Below are positions 17,152-27,568 of a stretch of DNA of 32,000 bases, in pieces. The notes beneath the pieces are model-generated. The model saw nothing but the letters and a program-made list of their open reading frames with translations, had not been told where the DNA came from and made no database searches. Position 1 is the first letter of the stretch; each line of letters starts with the position of its first letter. Position numbers and translations under genes: made by a program. The stretch comes from Enterococcus timonensis (GTDB taxonomy: Bacteria > Bacillota > Bacilli > Lactobacillales > Enterococcaceae). Location: positions 211,515-243,514 of the forward strand of contig NZ_FNVY01000002.1 in assembly GCF_900104595.1 (NCBI RefSeq), in the 5' to 3' direction.

Positions 17152-18825
17152 GTGAGTGTAAATACAATTACCGGAGAAAAATTTCAGCAAATGATTCAAC
17201 AAGGAGCCAATCGTTTAGGCGTCAATGCTGAATATGTCAATTCATTAAATGTTTTCCCGGTGCCTGATGGTGACACAGGAACAAATATGAATTTGTCGAT
17301 GACTAGTGGTGCAAAAGCTGTCGCTGATGCCCATGAAATAAAAGTAGGTCAGTTAGCTACACATTTATCAAAAGGATTATTAATGGGCGCTCGAGGAAAT
17401 TCCGGCGTTATTTTATCGCAATTATTTCGTGGCTTTGCTAAACAAATTGTTGACGTTGATCAACTTGGCGGCAAAGATTTAGCGCAAGCTTTTGCCCACG
17501 GCGTTGAAACAGCTTATAAAGCAGTGATGAAACCTGTTGAAGGAACGATTTTAACCGTCGCTAGAGAAGCAGCAAAAGCCGGCATTAAAGCGGCGAATAA
17601 TACTGACGATGCTACTGAAGTTATGACGGCTGTTTTAAAAGCTAGCAAAATTTCTCTAGCTAACACACCGAATTTATTGCCTGTTTTAAAAGAAGTTGGC
17701 GTAGTAGATTCTGGCGGTCAAGGATTGGTTTTTGTGTACGAAGGATTTTTAGAAAGTTTAACTGGAAAAATTAGCGAAACAACAAATTATCAACCAACGC
17801 CTGCTGAAATGGATGAAATGGTTAATGTGCAACATCATCGTGCCGTTCAAGGACATATGGCTACAGAAGATATTCATTTTGGCTATTGTACAGAAATTAT
17901 GGTTTCTTTAGGCACTGGTCCAACCGTTACAGATACTTTTGATTACGATACATTCCGCAATCATTTGGATAAAATTGGTGACTCGTTACTAGTAGTTAAT
18001 GACGATGAAGTCGTTAAAGTCCATGTCCATACCGAACAACCTGGTGAAGTGATGAATTACGGACAAAAATTTGGCTCATTAATTAAAATTAAAGTGGACA
18101 ATATGCGTTTGCAACACGAAACGATTTTGGAACATGATCAAGAAGTTGCTGAGTTTAAACCAGCGCCAAAAGAATTGGCGGTCATTGCGATTGCTGCTGG
18201 AAGTGGCGTGCAAGAATTATTTAAAAGTTTAGGGGCAAGCTATGTGATTTCTGGTGGACAAACGATGAATCCTAGCACCGAAGATATTTTAAAAGCAATT
18301 CAAGACGTCAATGCGAAAAATGTTTTAATTTTGCCAAACAATAAAAATATTTTCATGGCGGCGAGTCAAGCAGCTGAAGTGGCTGAAGTGGCCGTTGATG
18401 TAGTAGAAACTAAAACTATTTCTCAAGGGTTAACGGCGATGTTAGGTTATAATCCAGAAGGGAATTTAACTGATAATCATGCAAGTATGACCGCATCGGC
18501 TAAAGAAGTTGTTTCAGGTCAAGTGACTACTGCCGTTAGAGACACATCTATTGATGGTGTGGTAATTAAAAAAGATGATTACTTAGGAATGATCGATGGT
18601 AAAATTGTCATTTCCGAATCGAATTTAGCGGCTGCTTCACTAGATACTTTGGCTAAAATGATTAACGACGACACCGAAATTGTGACAATTATTTTTGGCG
18701 ACGGCGCAACGCAAGAAAGTGCTGAAAAATTATCTGAACAATTGAATGAGAAATTTCAACATTTAGAAATTGAAGTACATGAAGGCAATCAACCAGTTTA
18801 CCCATATTTATTTTCAGCTGAATAA
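17152..18825 (+). CDS. fakA: DAK2-domain protein YloV, the fatty acid kinase ATP-binding subunit FakA homologue
   Basis: The 557-aa ORF starts at GTG behind GAGGAGG. It carries the Dak2 motif PDGDTGTNM and GARGNSGVILSQ. It sits in the same rpmB / asp23 / fakA / recG order as in staphylococci and B. subtilis. Confidence 0.88.
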   Translation: MSVNTITGEKFQQMIQQGANRLGVNAEYVNSLNVFPVPDGDTGTNMNLSMTSGAKAVADAHEIKVGQLATHLSKGLLMGARGNSGVILSQLFRGFAKQIVDVDQLGGKDLAQAFAHGVETAYKAVMKPVEGTILTVAREAAKAGIKAANNTDDATEVMTAVLKASKISLANTPNLLPVLKEVGVVDSGGQGLVFVYEGFLESLTGKISETTNYQPTPAEMDEMVNVQHHRAVQGHMATEDIHFGYCTEIMVSLGTGPTVTDTFDYDTFRNHLDKIGDSLLVVNDDEVVKVHVHTEQPGEVMNYGQKFGSLIKIKVDNMRLQHETILEHDQEVAEFKPAPKELAVIAIAAGSGVQELFKSLGASYVISGGQTMNPSTEDILKAIQDVNAKNVLILPNNKNIFMAASQAAEVAEVAVDVVETKTISQGLTAMLGYNPEGNLTDNHASMTASAKEVVSGQVTTAVRDTSIDGVVIKKDDYLGMIDGKIVISESNLAAASLDTLAKMINDDTEIVTIIFGDGATQESAEKLSEQLNEKFQHLEIEVHEGNQPVYPYLFSAE

Positions 18826-18852
18826 GATTTTTAGAAATTAAAAAAATAAAAA

Positions 18853-18890
18853 AAGGTTGGAACGCAAAATTGTGTTTCAACCTTTCTTAC
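18853..18890 (+). terminator. rho-independent terminator after fakA
   Basis: Stem AGGTTGGAAC... / ...GTTTCAACCT contains G-U pairs. It is preceded by an A-run and followed by TTTCTT. Confidence 0.65.
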
Positions 18891-18906
18891 ATAAGAAAGG
18901 GGAAAA

Positions 18907-20937
18907 ATGGCAAGCTTACAAGATTCAGTAGCAGTTTTAAATGGAGTCGGCCCTAAGATGTTAGAAGATTTGGCTAGTGTCGGTATTGAAACGATTTTGG
19001 ATTTGCTAACCTATTTTCCTTTTCGTTTCGATGATATTAAAGAGCGGGAAATTACTGAAATTTTTGACGGGGAAAAAGTGGTCTTAAAAGGCTTAGTAGT
19101 TTCTGATGCAGTAGTAAATTATTACGGTCCGAAAAAATCTCGGCTGGCGTTTCGGTTAATGCAAGACGGCGTCGTTATTAACGTGACTTTTTTCAATCAG
19201 CCATATTTAGCCCAAAAAATTATTTTAGGGGAAAATTTGGCAGTTTTTGGTAAATGGGACGCGAAAAAAAGAGCCCTGACTGGGATGAAAATTTTTGGAC
19301 AAGCAGTGACGGCTGATTTTCAACCGGTTTACCATGTGGTGAAAAGTTTATCGCAAGCGAGATTAATTAAAATCATTCATCAAGCTTTCGCCGATTACAG
19401 CAGTTATATTACCGAAACTTTACCAGCAGATTTAATTAAAAAATATCAACTACTCGACCGAGCCACCGCATTATATGCCATGCATTTTCCAAAAGATGCC
19501 ACGCAAGGACACGAGAGTCGCCGGCGAGTAGTTTTTGAAGAATTTTTTTATTTCCAATTAAAAATGCTAAGTCTCAAACAAAAAGAACAACAAAAAAATG
19601 TTGGCTCCACTCTTCATTTTGATAATCAAAAGTTAAAACAATTTATTGAGACTTTGCCTTTTGAATTAACGACCGCCCAAAAAAAAGTCACCAATGAAAT
19701 TTGTCGTGACCTTTTGCAGCCGATTCACATGCAACGATTGCTACAAGGCGATGTGGGGAGCGGGAAAACAATTGTCGCTCTGTTAGCCATGTACGCCGCC
19801 ATTACCGCAGGCGCGCAAACAGCTTTAATGGTACCAACGGAAATTTTAGCCCAACAACATTTTGAAACGTTTCAAAAATTATTAAAAGAAACGCCAATTA
19901 AAGTCGGACTTTTAACTTCCAGCACGAAGACCGCTGAAAAAAGAGAGATTTTAGCCCAATTAGCCAATGGTGAAATGAATTTAGTGATTGGGACTCATGC
20001 TTTGATTCAAGAGACGGTGCAATTTAAAAACTTAGGCTTTGTGGTCACCGATGAACAACATCGTTTTGGGGTCAATCAAAGAAAAACTTTGCGAGAAAAA
20101 GGACATTTCCCAGAAGTTCTCTTTATGACCGCAACGCCCATCCCTCGAACGCTGGCGATTACAGCATTTGGCGAGATGGATGTTTCCATTATTGATGAAT
20201 TACCAAAAGGCCGGCAGAAAATTTTAACTAAATGGGTGCGCCCGCCGCAATTTGATCAAGTAATGGAATTTATGGCGCCGAAAATTAAAGCCGGCGATCA
20301 AGCCTATCTGGTGTCGCCGTTAATTGGTGAATCAGAAACATTAGATTTAGAAAATGCCCAAGCTTTATTTGTCGAAACACAAGCGAATTTTCCTGATTTA
20401 AAAGTCGGCTTGCTTCATGGACAAATGACCTCAGCAGAAAAAAATGAAATCATGGGCCAGTTTAAAGAAAATAATATTCAAATCTTAGTTACCACGACAG
20501 TTGTTGAAGTAGGAGTCGATGTTCCTAATGCGACGTTTATGATTATTATGGACGCCGATCGCTTTGGCTTATCCCAATTACACCAGTTAAGAGGGCGCGT
20601 TGGTCGAGGGAGTAAAGCTTCGTTATGTGTTTTAGTAGCTGATCCAAAAGGGGAAAACGGCAAAGAGCGGATGAAAATTATGACTGAAACTACTGATGGC
20701 TTTGTTTTGGCGCAAAAAGATTTAGAAATGCGGGGGCCGGGAGAATTTTTCGGACAAAAACAATCAGGCTTGCCACAATTTCAAGTAGGGGATTTAGCAC
20801 GCGATGAAGATATTTTACAACTTGCCCAACAAGAAGCGAAACAACTTTTAGCTAACGAGCGTTCGGCTGAAATTTTACAACGACCGCCTTTTAAAGAAGC
20901 ACTTGCTCAACAAGTTTTTTCCAGTTATTTTGATTAG
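18907..20937 (+). CDS. recG: ATP-dependent DNA helicase RecG
   Basis: The 676-aa ORF has Walker A GDVGSGKT, a DEQH box, and the motifs TATPIPRTLA and QLHQLRGRVGRG. The N-terminal wedge region is present. Confidence 0.95.
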   Translation: MASLQDSVAVLNGVGPKMLEDLASVGIETILDLLTYFPFRFDDIKEREITEIFDGEKVVLKGLVVSDAVVNYYGPKKSRLAFRLMQDGVVINVTFFNQPYLAQKIILGENLAVFGKWDAKKRALTGMKIFGQAVTADFQPVYHVVKSLSQARLIKIIHQAFADYSSYITETLPADLIKKYQLLDRATALYAMHFPKDATQGHESRRRVVFEEFFYFQLKMLSLKQKEQQKNVGSTLHFDNQKLKQFIETLPFELTTAQKKVTNEICRDLLQPIHMQRLLQGDVGSGKTIVALLAMYAAITAGAQTALMVPTEILAQQHFETFQKLLKETPIKVGLLTSSTKTAEKREILAQLANGEMNLVIGTHALIQETVQFKNLGFVVTDEQHRFGVNQRKTLREKGHFPEVLFMTATPIPRTLAITAFGEMDVSIIDELPKGRQKILTKWVRPPQFDQVMEFMAPKIKAGDQAYLVSPLIGESETLDLENAQALFVETQANFPDLKVGLLHGQMTSAEKNEIMGQFKENNIQILVTTTVVEVGVDVPNATFMIIMDADRFGLSQLHQLRGRVGRGSKASLCVLVADPKGENGKERMKIMTETTDGFVLAQKDLEMRGPGEFFGQKQSGLPQFQVGDLARDEDILQLAQQEAKQLLANERSAEILQRPPFKEALAQQVFSSYFD

Positions 20938-20978
20938 AAGCTATGTTATACTAAACAAAAACAAGTAAGGAGCATAAT

Positions 20979-21977
20979 ATGAAAATTGCAGTTGACGCGA
21001 TGGGCGGCGACTTTGCCCCAAAGGCGATTGTTGAAGGGGTCTTATTAGCCCACGAAAAGACACCAGAAATTGAATTTATTTTATTTGGCGACCAAGAACA
21101 AATCAATCCGCTTTTAACTAGTCACGAAAGAATTACCGTCGTTCATACGACAGAAAAAATTACCGGAGACGATGAACCGGTAAAAGCGATTCGTCGTAAA
21201 AAACAAGCATCGATGGTTTTAGCAGCTCAAGCAGTGAAAAATAGAGAAGCCGATGCCATGTTTTCAGCAGGAAACACTGGCGCTCTTTTAGCTTGTGGTT
21301 TACTGATTGTTGGCCGGATTAAAAATATAGAACGTCCCGGATTATTATCGACTTTACCTGTAGTAGGTTCTGATGCAGGATTTGATATGATTGATCTTGG
21401 TGCGAATGCGGACAATCGGCCAGAGCATTTAGTAAATTATGCTATTTTAGGAAGCTTTTATGCTGAAAAAATTCGCCATATTAAAAATCCGCGAGTCGCT
21501 CTTTTAAATAATGGTACGGAAGATTCAAAAGGAAATGAATTGACGAAAGAAACTTTTGGCCGTTTAAAAGAAAATTTCGCTATTAATTTTATTGGTAATG
21601 TGGAAGCTCGTGATTTATTAAAAGGGGCAGCTGATGTAGTAGTGACGGACGGATTTACCGGCAATGCCGTTTTAAAATCCATTGAAGGCACAGCAATGAC
21701 TATGATGGATTTAATTAAAGCTTCGATTAATGAAGCCGGCGTGCGGGGAAAAGTTGGTGCATTATTATTAAAACCTGCTTTGCGCAATGTCAAACACGCC
21801 CTTGATTATTCTAGTCATGGTGGTGCCGTGCTCTTTGGCTTAAAAGCGCCAGTGATTAAAACGCATGGTTCAACTGAAAAAGAAGCGGTGGCCCAAACTA
21901 TTTATCAAATTGAAGAAATGGTGAAAAGCGGACTGATTCCAGATTTAGTAGCTCATTTTGAAGAAGAAAAAGCTTAA
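20979..21977 (+). CDS. plsX: phosphate acyltransferase PlsX
   Basis: The 332-aa ORF reads [20 protein letters not shown]... and also contains SAGNTGAL and DGFTGN. It lies upstream of acpP. Confidence 0.95.
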   Translation: MKIAVDAMGGDFAPKAIVEGVLLAHEKTPEIEFILFGDQEQINPLLTSHERITVVHTTEKITGDDEPVKAIRRKKQASMVLAAQAVKNREADAMFSAGNTGALLACGLLIVGRIKNIERPGLLSTLPVVGSDAGFDMIDLGANADNRPEHLVNYAILGSFYAEKIRHIKNPRVALLNNGTEDSKGNELTKETFGRLKENFAINFIGNVEARDLLKGAADVVVTDGFTGNAVLKSIEGTAMTMMDLIKASINEAGVRGKVGALLLKPALRNVKHALDYSSHGGAVLFGLKAPVIKTHGSTEKEAVAQTIYQIEEMVKSGLIPDLVAHFEEEKA

Positions 21978-22013
21978 GAAAATAGTATTTATGCACCAGA
22001 TTTCACAAAAAAA

Positions 22014-22042
22014 CTAGACAAATGACTAAAAAATCAGTACAA
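22014..22042 (+). promoter_or_regulatory. candidate acpP promoter
   Basis: -35 TAGACA (22014-22019), a 17-nt spacer, then -10 TACAAT (22037-22042). Confidence 0.5.
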
Positions 22043-22089
22043 TATTTTAGAAGTGTTCGTGCATTTGACTTTTGTTGGGAGGTGTTATT

Positions 22090-22332
22090 TTGACGCGAAA
22101 CGAAATTTTTAGCAAAGTGGCCTCAATCATTGAAAAACATTTTGATGTAGCCCAAGAAAAAATTACCGATACTTTAAGCTTACAAAATGATCTAAACGCC
22201 GATTCGATTTCAGTAATGGAATTTGTTTTGGATTTAGAAGATGAATTTGGCATTGAAATATCTGATGAAGATGCTGAGCAAATCGAAACAGTCGGAGCGG
22301 CTGTCGATTATATTGCCTTACATTTAAATTAA
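22090..22332 (+). CDS. acpP: acyl carrier protein
   Basis: The tracked ORF starts at 22072. The in-frame TTG at 22090, behind GGAGGTG, gives (M)TRNEIFSKVASIIEKHF. The phosphopantetheine attachment motif is LNADSISVMEFV (DS). Confidence 0.92.
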   Translation: MTRNEIFSKVASIIEKHFDVAQEKITDTLSLQNDLNADSISVMEFVLDLEDEFGIEISDEDAEQIETVGAAVDYIALHLN

Positions 22333-22343
22333 TTTGCTCAATC

Positions 22344-22381
22344 CAGTGGCATTAGTCTAAGACTAGTGTCGCTGTTTGTTT
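22344..22381 (+). terminator. rho-independent terminator after acpP
   Basis: A 14-bp stem (22344-22357 / 22361-22374), with three G-U pairs and a tight loop, is followed by TTTGTTT. Confidence 0.6.
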
Positions 22382-22404
22382 ATAGACCAGTAAAACGTTA
22401 TAAT
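22376..22404 (+). promoter_or_regulatory. candidate promoter for rnc-smc-cof-ftsY
   Basis: -35 TTGTTT (22376-22381), a 17-nt spacer, then -10 TATAAT (22399-22404). Confidence 0.45.
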
Positions 22405-22442
22405 GAACAAGTCAGAAAAATTTATTAAAAAGGGTGTTAGTC

Positions 22443-23141
22443 ATGGATAAGCAACTCCAAGATTTACTAAAAGAAAATTTCCAAATCGTTTTTCATGATG
22501 TGAATCTCTTAGAACAAGCGTTTACCCATTCATCTTATGTGAATGAACATCGCTATTTACAATTAGAAGATAATGAACGACTAGAATTTCTCGGCGATGC
22601 CGTTTTGGAAATTTTAGTTTCTAAATTTTTATACGATGAATTTCCCCATGTGCCAGAAGGTAAATTAACAAAAATGCGCTCGCGGGTCGTCCAAGAAGAT
22701 TCCTTGTCTAAATTTGCCCAACAAGTTGGCTTTGATCAATTTGTAAATTTGGGTAAAGGCGAAGAAGCTTCCGGCGGCAGAAGTCGGCCAGCGTTGTTGT
22801 GTGATTTATTCGAAGCGTTTCTTGGTGCTTTTTATCTGGACCAAGGATTAATTGCGGTTCGTGGATTTTTAGAAAAAGTTGTCTTTCCTAAAATTAAAGC
22901 TGGTGTTTTTTCCCATGAGATGGATCACAAAACGCGTCTCCAAGAAGTATTGCAAAAAGACGGCGATATTAAAATCGAATATCGGGTCGTTGAAGCCGTG
23001 GGTCCAGCTCACGAACGACTCTTTGCTATTGAAGTTTGGGGCAAAGAGCAACTGCTTGGACATGGATCAGGTAAATCCAAAAAATTAGCCGAACAAGCCG
23101 CCGCTAGAAATGCTTTAGAAAAACTAGGCGCAGAGTTTTAA
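22443..23141 (+). CDS. rnc: ribonuclease III
   Basis: The preferred start is the ATG at 22443, 6 nt behind AGGGTG; the tracked start is GTG at 22434. The ORF has the RNase III signature ERLEFLGDAVLE and a C-terminal dsRBD (GPAHERLFAIEV...GSGKSKKLAEQAAA). Confidence 0.94.
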   Translation: MDKQLQDLLKENFQIVFHDVNLLEQAFTHSSYVNEHRYLQLEDNERLEFLGDAVLEILVSKFLYDEFPHVPEGKLTKMRSRVVQEDSLSKFAQQVGFDQFVNLGKGEEASGGRSRPALLCDLFEAFLGAFYLDQGLIAVRGFLEKVVFPKIKAGVFSHEMDHKTRLQEVLQKDGDIKIEYRVVEAVGPAHERLFAIEVWGKEQLLGHGSGKSKKLAEQAAARNALEKLGAEF

Positions 23142-23192
23142 AAATTTTTTAGAACAATACTTTTTTATCTTATGGAAACAAGGAGTTCTTTT

Positions 23193-26100
23193 GTGCACTT
23201 AAAAAAAATCGAAATCATCGGCTTTAAATCATTTGCCGATAAAACCATTTTAAGTTTTGAACCAGGAATAACTGGTGTTGTAGGGCCCAATGGTTCGGGG
23301 AAAAGTAATATTACTGAAGCCATTCGTTGGGTGCTAGGAGAGACATCGGCCAAATCATTGCGGGGCGGGAAAATGCCGGATATTATTTTTGCCGGTACCC
23401 AAACGCGTAAGCCGGTAAATATTGCTGAAGTAACGGTGATCTTGGATAATCAAGATCACTATTTGCCGTTAGATTTTACTGAAATTTCTGTTACGCGTCG
23501 TTTGAATCGTAACGGCGATAGTGATTATTATATTAATCATAAACGGGCGCGCTTAAGAGATATTCAAGAACTTTTTATGGACTCGGGCCTTGGTAAAGAA
23601 AGTTTTTCGATTATTTCGCAAGGGAAAGTCGAAGCGATTTTTAATTCTAAACCGGAAGAGCGCCGGGGGATTTTTGAAGAAGCTGCCGGTGTTTATAAAT
23701 ATAAGCAAAAGAAAAAGGCAGCCGAACAAAAATTATTCGAAGCCCAAGATAATCTCAATCGGGTGACCGATATTATTTATGAACTGCAAGAACAATTAGC
23801 ACCACTGAAGCTAGAAGCCGTGCAAGCGGAAAAATATATCGCCTTTAAAGCTCAATTAAAAGAAGTCGAAGTGGCCTTAAACGCTGAAAAAATTGCCCAG
23901 TGGCAAGTAGATTTTACAACAGGCCGAGAAAAAATTGCCGAACTAACGCAAGTGTTGCAAGAAAAAAATCAACAACAAGAGCAATTAGAAGCGGCATTAG
24001 CAAAACAAAAAGAACAACACCAAAACTTTGACGAAAAACTAACCCACGGGCAATCACAATTGGTGGAAGTAACCAAAACTTTTGAACAAACCCAAAGTAA
24101 AAAACAATTATTCGAACAACAACAAAAAAATGTTTTAGAAAAAAAAGCTGAACTTACGGCCAATGTAACTAATTTAGCAGCTGAAATTGCTAGTTTGACA
24201 GAAAAAATAATTAACGAGCAACAACAATTGCTAACAAATCAAGCCACGATGGATGAAATTGCCGCGATAGTAGAACAAGCAGAAGCGGATGTCTTGCAGT
24301 ATTCTAAATCAGTCAAAGAACAACTGGCTGATTTGCGGGCCGATTTTATCGAACTGATGCAAGATGAAACAACGATCAAAAATGATGCTAAATACGCCCA
24401 ACGCCAAAAAGAACAAGCACAATTGCAACAAGAAGTTATTGAAAAAAAATTAAAAGAAATTGAAAAGCAACAACAACAACTAACGGAAAACTTGCAAGAA
24501 CTTCGAAATCGCCAACAAGCAGCTAGCGAAAAATTGCAACGTTTATTAACAATTGTCACTGATAAACAACAACAACTGGATTCGTTACAAGAAAATGAAC
24601 AACAATTACATCAAGTGTATTATCAAAAGTTAGGTGCGTTGCAACAAAAAAAAGCCCGACTGAAAAATTTAAGCGATATTGCTAACAGTCACTCTGGTTT
24701 TTATCAAGGTGTCCGGGGTATTTTACGCAATCAAGACTTGACCGGGATTGTTGGTGCTGTAGCCGAATTAGTCACGGTTCCCAGTAACTTAACTTTAGCT
24801 ATTGAAACGGCAATGGGCGCGACGATGCAACAAGTCGTAGTAGAAAATGAACAAGCCGCCAGTGCTGCTATTCATTATTTAAAAAGTAAGCGTCTTGGGC
24901 GGGCAACCTTTTTACCGGTAACAACGATTAAAGAGCGGCACTTGCCAGATTATTTACTAAAAGAATTGGCACAAGATTCGCGAGTAGTGGGTGTGGCGGT
25001 TGATTTAGTTTCTTTTCCTGAAAAACTAACAGCTATTTTTCGCTCTTTGTTAGGAACGACAATTATTGCCAAAGATTTACCACAAGCCGTTGAATTAGCC
25101 AAAAAAATTCGCCACCAATATAAAATTGTCACCTTAGCAGGAGATGTAATGAACGCCGGCGGATCTATGACCGGTGGGGCTACTAGTAGTAATCAAGCAG
25201 GTCTGCTTAGCCAAAAAGCGCAACAAGAACAATTGATTCAAGAAATTGCCACCTTAGAACAAGAGGTTTCTGAGGATGAAAAAAAAGTCAGCCAAAGCAG
25301 TAGCACCCAAGAAAAATTAAAAAATGACTTAGGGATTTTACGGAAAAATGAAGAAAGTGGTCGGCAATTTCTTCAAGAAATGGCCGCAGCATTATCTAAC
25401 GATCAAAAAGATTTTGACCAATTAGCAAAAGAAAAAACAGTTTTAAAGCAAGATTTAAATCGTTTAACTATTGATTTAAAAGAAGCTGAAAAAAACAACC
25501 TTTTGTCAGAAGAACAATTAACGGTCAAAGAAAATCAAAAAAACAAATTACAAGCACAAATGAATCAGCTAGAACAAACAGGATCCAATAATGAGAATTT
25601 AAAAACAGCCGCCAATGAACAGTTACAAGAAGCCCGAAAAAATTTGGCCGTTATGACAGAAAGCCAAAATCATTTGCGCCAATCACTAGCTAGTCAGACA
25701 GCCCAAAAAGAACAACAAATTGCACGTCTGACTCAAATTCAAGGCGAATTGACCGAGAATTTTTCGCAAATGATTGAATCACCCGAGCAAATTGCGCAAT
25801 TATTAGCTCAAGCTTTAGAGCGCCAAAATTTGTTAACTGAAGAAATTGACCGCTTAAAAGAAAAAAAACAAACCGCGCAAGTCGCCTTAAATCAGTTAGA
25901 AGCTCAAAATCAAGAAAACCAACAAAAAATCCAAGAAATTTTAAAAAAATTAGCCGCCGGAAAAGCTGAGGATTCTCGCTTAGAAACACGACTAGATCAT
26001 GCGCTAGAATTTCTCCAAGAAGAATATGAATTAACTTATGAAAAAGCGCGGGAATTTAAACTGACGGTGACCATTGAAGAAGCAATGCAAGTAGTAAAAG

Positions 26101-26756
26101 ATTTGAAAAATAATTTGCAAGCTTTAGGAAACGTTAATTTAAATGCTATTGAGCAGTACCAACAAGTCAGTCAACGCTATGAATTTTTGGCGGCCCAAAA
26201 AGAAGATTTATTGCAAGCTAAAGATCATTTATTTGCAACAATGGATGAAATGGATCAAGAAGTGAAACAACGCTTTAGCCAAACTTTTGAAGAAATTCGC
26301 CTCGCTTTTGAAAATATTTTTCCGAAAATGTTCGGCGGTGGCGTGGCGGCCTTGCGCTTAAGTGATCCTGATGATTTATTAAATACGGGAGTAGAAATCG
26401 AGGCGCAACCACCAGGAAAAAGATTGCAAAATTTAACTTTGCTTTCCGGTGGCGAACGGGCGTTAACGGCAATTACATTGTTATTTGCTATTTTGCAAGT
26501 CCGTCCGGTTCCTTTTACCGTTTTAGATGAAGTGGAAGCCGCACTTGATGAGGCCAATGTTCATCGCTTCGGTCGCTTTTTGCAAAGTTTTAAAGCCGAG
26601 CGCCAGTTTATTGTGGTGACTCACCGCAAAGGTACCATGGAAGCTTGCGATGTTTTATATGGCGTCACTATGCAAGAGTCGGGGATTTCAAAAGTGCTTT
26701 CCGTTTCTTTGAAAGATGCTCAGAAAACTACCAGTGGAAAGGAAAATCATGATTAA
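23193..26756 (+). CDS. smc: chromosome segregation/condensation protein SMC
   Basis: GTG at 23193, 7 nt behind AAGGAG, gives (M)HLKKIEIIGFKSFADKT. The ORF has Walker A GPNGSGKSN, long Q/E/K-rich coiled coils and a central hinge (GIVGAVAELV...). It ends with the C-terminal signature LSGGERALTAI and Walker B FTVLDEVEAALD. Confidence 0.96.
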   Translation: MHLKKIEIIGFKSFADKTILSFEPGITGVVGPNGSGKSNITEAIRWVLGETSAKSLRGGKMPDIIFAGTQTRKPVNIAEVTVILDNQDHYLPLDFTEISVTRRLNRNGDSDYYINHKRARLRDIQELFMDSGLGKESFSIISQGKVEAIFNSKPEERRGIFEEAAGVYKYKQKKKAAEQKLFEAQDNLNRVTDIIYELQEQLAPLKLEAVQAEKYIAFKAQLKEVEVALNAEKIAQWQVDFTTGREKIAELTQVLQEKNQQQEQLEAALAKQKEQHQNFDEKLTHGQSQLVEVTKTFEQTQSKKQLFEQQQKNVLEKKAELTANVTNLAAEIASLTEKIINEQQQLLTNQATMDEIAAIVEQAEADVLQYSKSVKEQLADLRADFIELMQDETTIKNDAKYAQRQKEQAQLQQEVIEKKLKEIEKQQQQLTENLQELRNRQQAASEKLQRLLTIVTDKQQQLDSLQENEQQLHQVYYQKLGALQQKKARLKNLSDIANSHSGFYQGVRGILRNQDLTGIVGAVAELVTVPSNLTLAIETAMGATMQQVVVENEQAASAAIHYLKSKRLGRATFLPVTTIKERHLPDYLLKELAQDSRVVGVAVDLVSFPEKLTAIFRSLLGTTIIAKDLPQAVELAKKIRHQYKIVTLAGDVMNAGGSMTGGATSSNQAGLLSQKAQQEQLIQEIATLEQEVSEDEKKVSQSSSTQEKLKNDLGILRKNEESGRQFLQEMAAALSNDQKDFDQLAKEKTVLKQDLNRLTIDLKEAEKNNLLSEEQLTVKENQKNKLQAQMNQLEQTGSNNENLKTAANEQLQEARKNLAVMTESQNHLRQSLASQTAQKEQQIARLTQIQGELTENFSQMIESPEQIAQLLAQALERQNLLTEEIDRLKEKKQTAQVALNQLEAQNQENQQKIQEILKKLAAGKAEDSRLETRLDHALEFLQEEYELTYEKAREFKLTVTIEEAMQVVKDLKNNLQALGNVNLNAIEQYQQVSQRYEFLAAQKEDLLQAKDHLFATMDEMDQEVKQRFSQTFEEIRLAFENIFPKMFGGGVAALRLSDPDDLLNTGVEIEAQPPGKRLQNLTLLSGGERALTAITLLFAILQVRPVPFTVLDEVEAALDEANVHRFGRFLQSFKAERQFIVVTHRKGTMEACDVLYGVTMQESGISKVLSVSLKDAQKTTSGKENHD

Positions 26757-27564
26757 ATTACTTGCTTTAGATTTAGATGGAACTTTACTCAATGACGAAA
26801 AAAAAATCTCTGTCGCCAATAAAAATGCTTTGAAAAAAGCACAAGAGCTAGGGATTAAAGTGGTCATCACTACTGGTCGACCTTTAGTGGCAATTCAACC
26901 TTTCGTGGAAATGTTAGAGCTGCGAGGCCCGAAAGAATATGCCATCACTTTTAATGGCGGCTTAGTCCAACAAATTAAAACGGGTAAAATTTTAGCCAAA
27001 ACCGTTTTAGATGTCAAAAAAATTCCTCAGGTGGCGGAAGTCTTTAGCCAAATGAATTTGCCTTTGTCAGTTGTCTCAGAAGAAAAAGTATTTGAGTTTA
27101 AAACATCTAGCCATGAGTCAATTTACAAAAGTTTGAACCCCCGTTTAATTTATCAAAATACGACACCAGAAAAATTACCAGAAGACCGGATTTATAACAA
27201 AATGGTCAGTGCTGTCAGCGCAACGATTTTAGATCAACAATTACCGCGTTTGCCAGAATCTTTAAAATCTCAGTTTGAAATTATGAAATCTCGCGACTGT
27301 CTCTTAGAAATTTTACCAAAAGGGGTGGAAAAAGGTCGCGCTTTGGCCATTTTAGGAGAACAATTAAATATTCAACTTTCTGAAATGATGAGTTTTGGCG
27401 ATGAAGAAAATGATTTGTCCATGATTAAAGCGTGTGGCATTGGCGTAGTAATGGAAAATGGAAATCCAGAAGTGAAAAAACAAGCCGATTTTATTACGAA
27501 ATCAAATCAAGAAGATGGCGTTGCTTTTGCCATTGAAAAATTTATTTTGAAAGGAGAAAACTAA
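26749..27564 (+). CDS. Cof-type HAD-IIB family hydrolase (sugar-phosphate phosphatase-like)
   Basis: The ATG at 26749 gives MIKLLALDLDGTLL, the HAD motif I (DxDGT). The ORF also has TGR and the GDEENDLSM motif. It overlaps the smc stop codon (ATGATTAA). Confidence 0.9.
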   Translation: MIKLLALDLDGTLLNDEKKISVANKNALKKAQELGIKVVITTGRPLVAIQPFVEMLELRGPKEYAITFNGGLVQQIKTGKILAKTVLDVKKIPQVAEVFSQMNLPLSVVSEEKVFEFKTSSHESIYKSLNPRLIYQNTTPEKLPEDRIYNKMVSAVSATILDQQLPRLPESLKSQFEIMKSRDCLLEILPKGVEKGRALAILGEQLNIQLSEMMSFGDEENDLSMIKACGIGVVMENGNPEVKKQADFITKSNQEDGVAFAIEKFILKGEN

Positions 27565-27568
27565 TATT

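Noticed and set aside
23969-26557. Several 60-106-aa minus-strand ORFs with Cys/Ser/Phe-rich sequences inside smc
   Set aside because: They are antisense artefacts of the Q/E/K-rich coiled-coil coding sequence (CAA/GAA/AAA read as TTG/TTC/TTT). They are not credible proteins.
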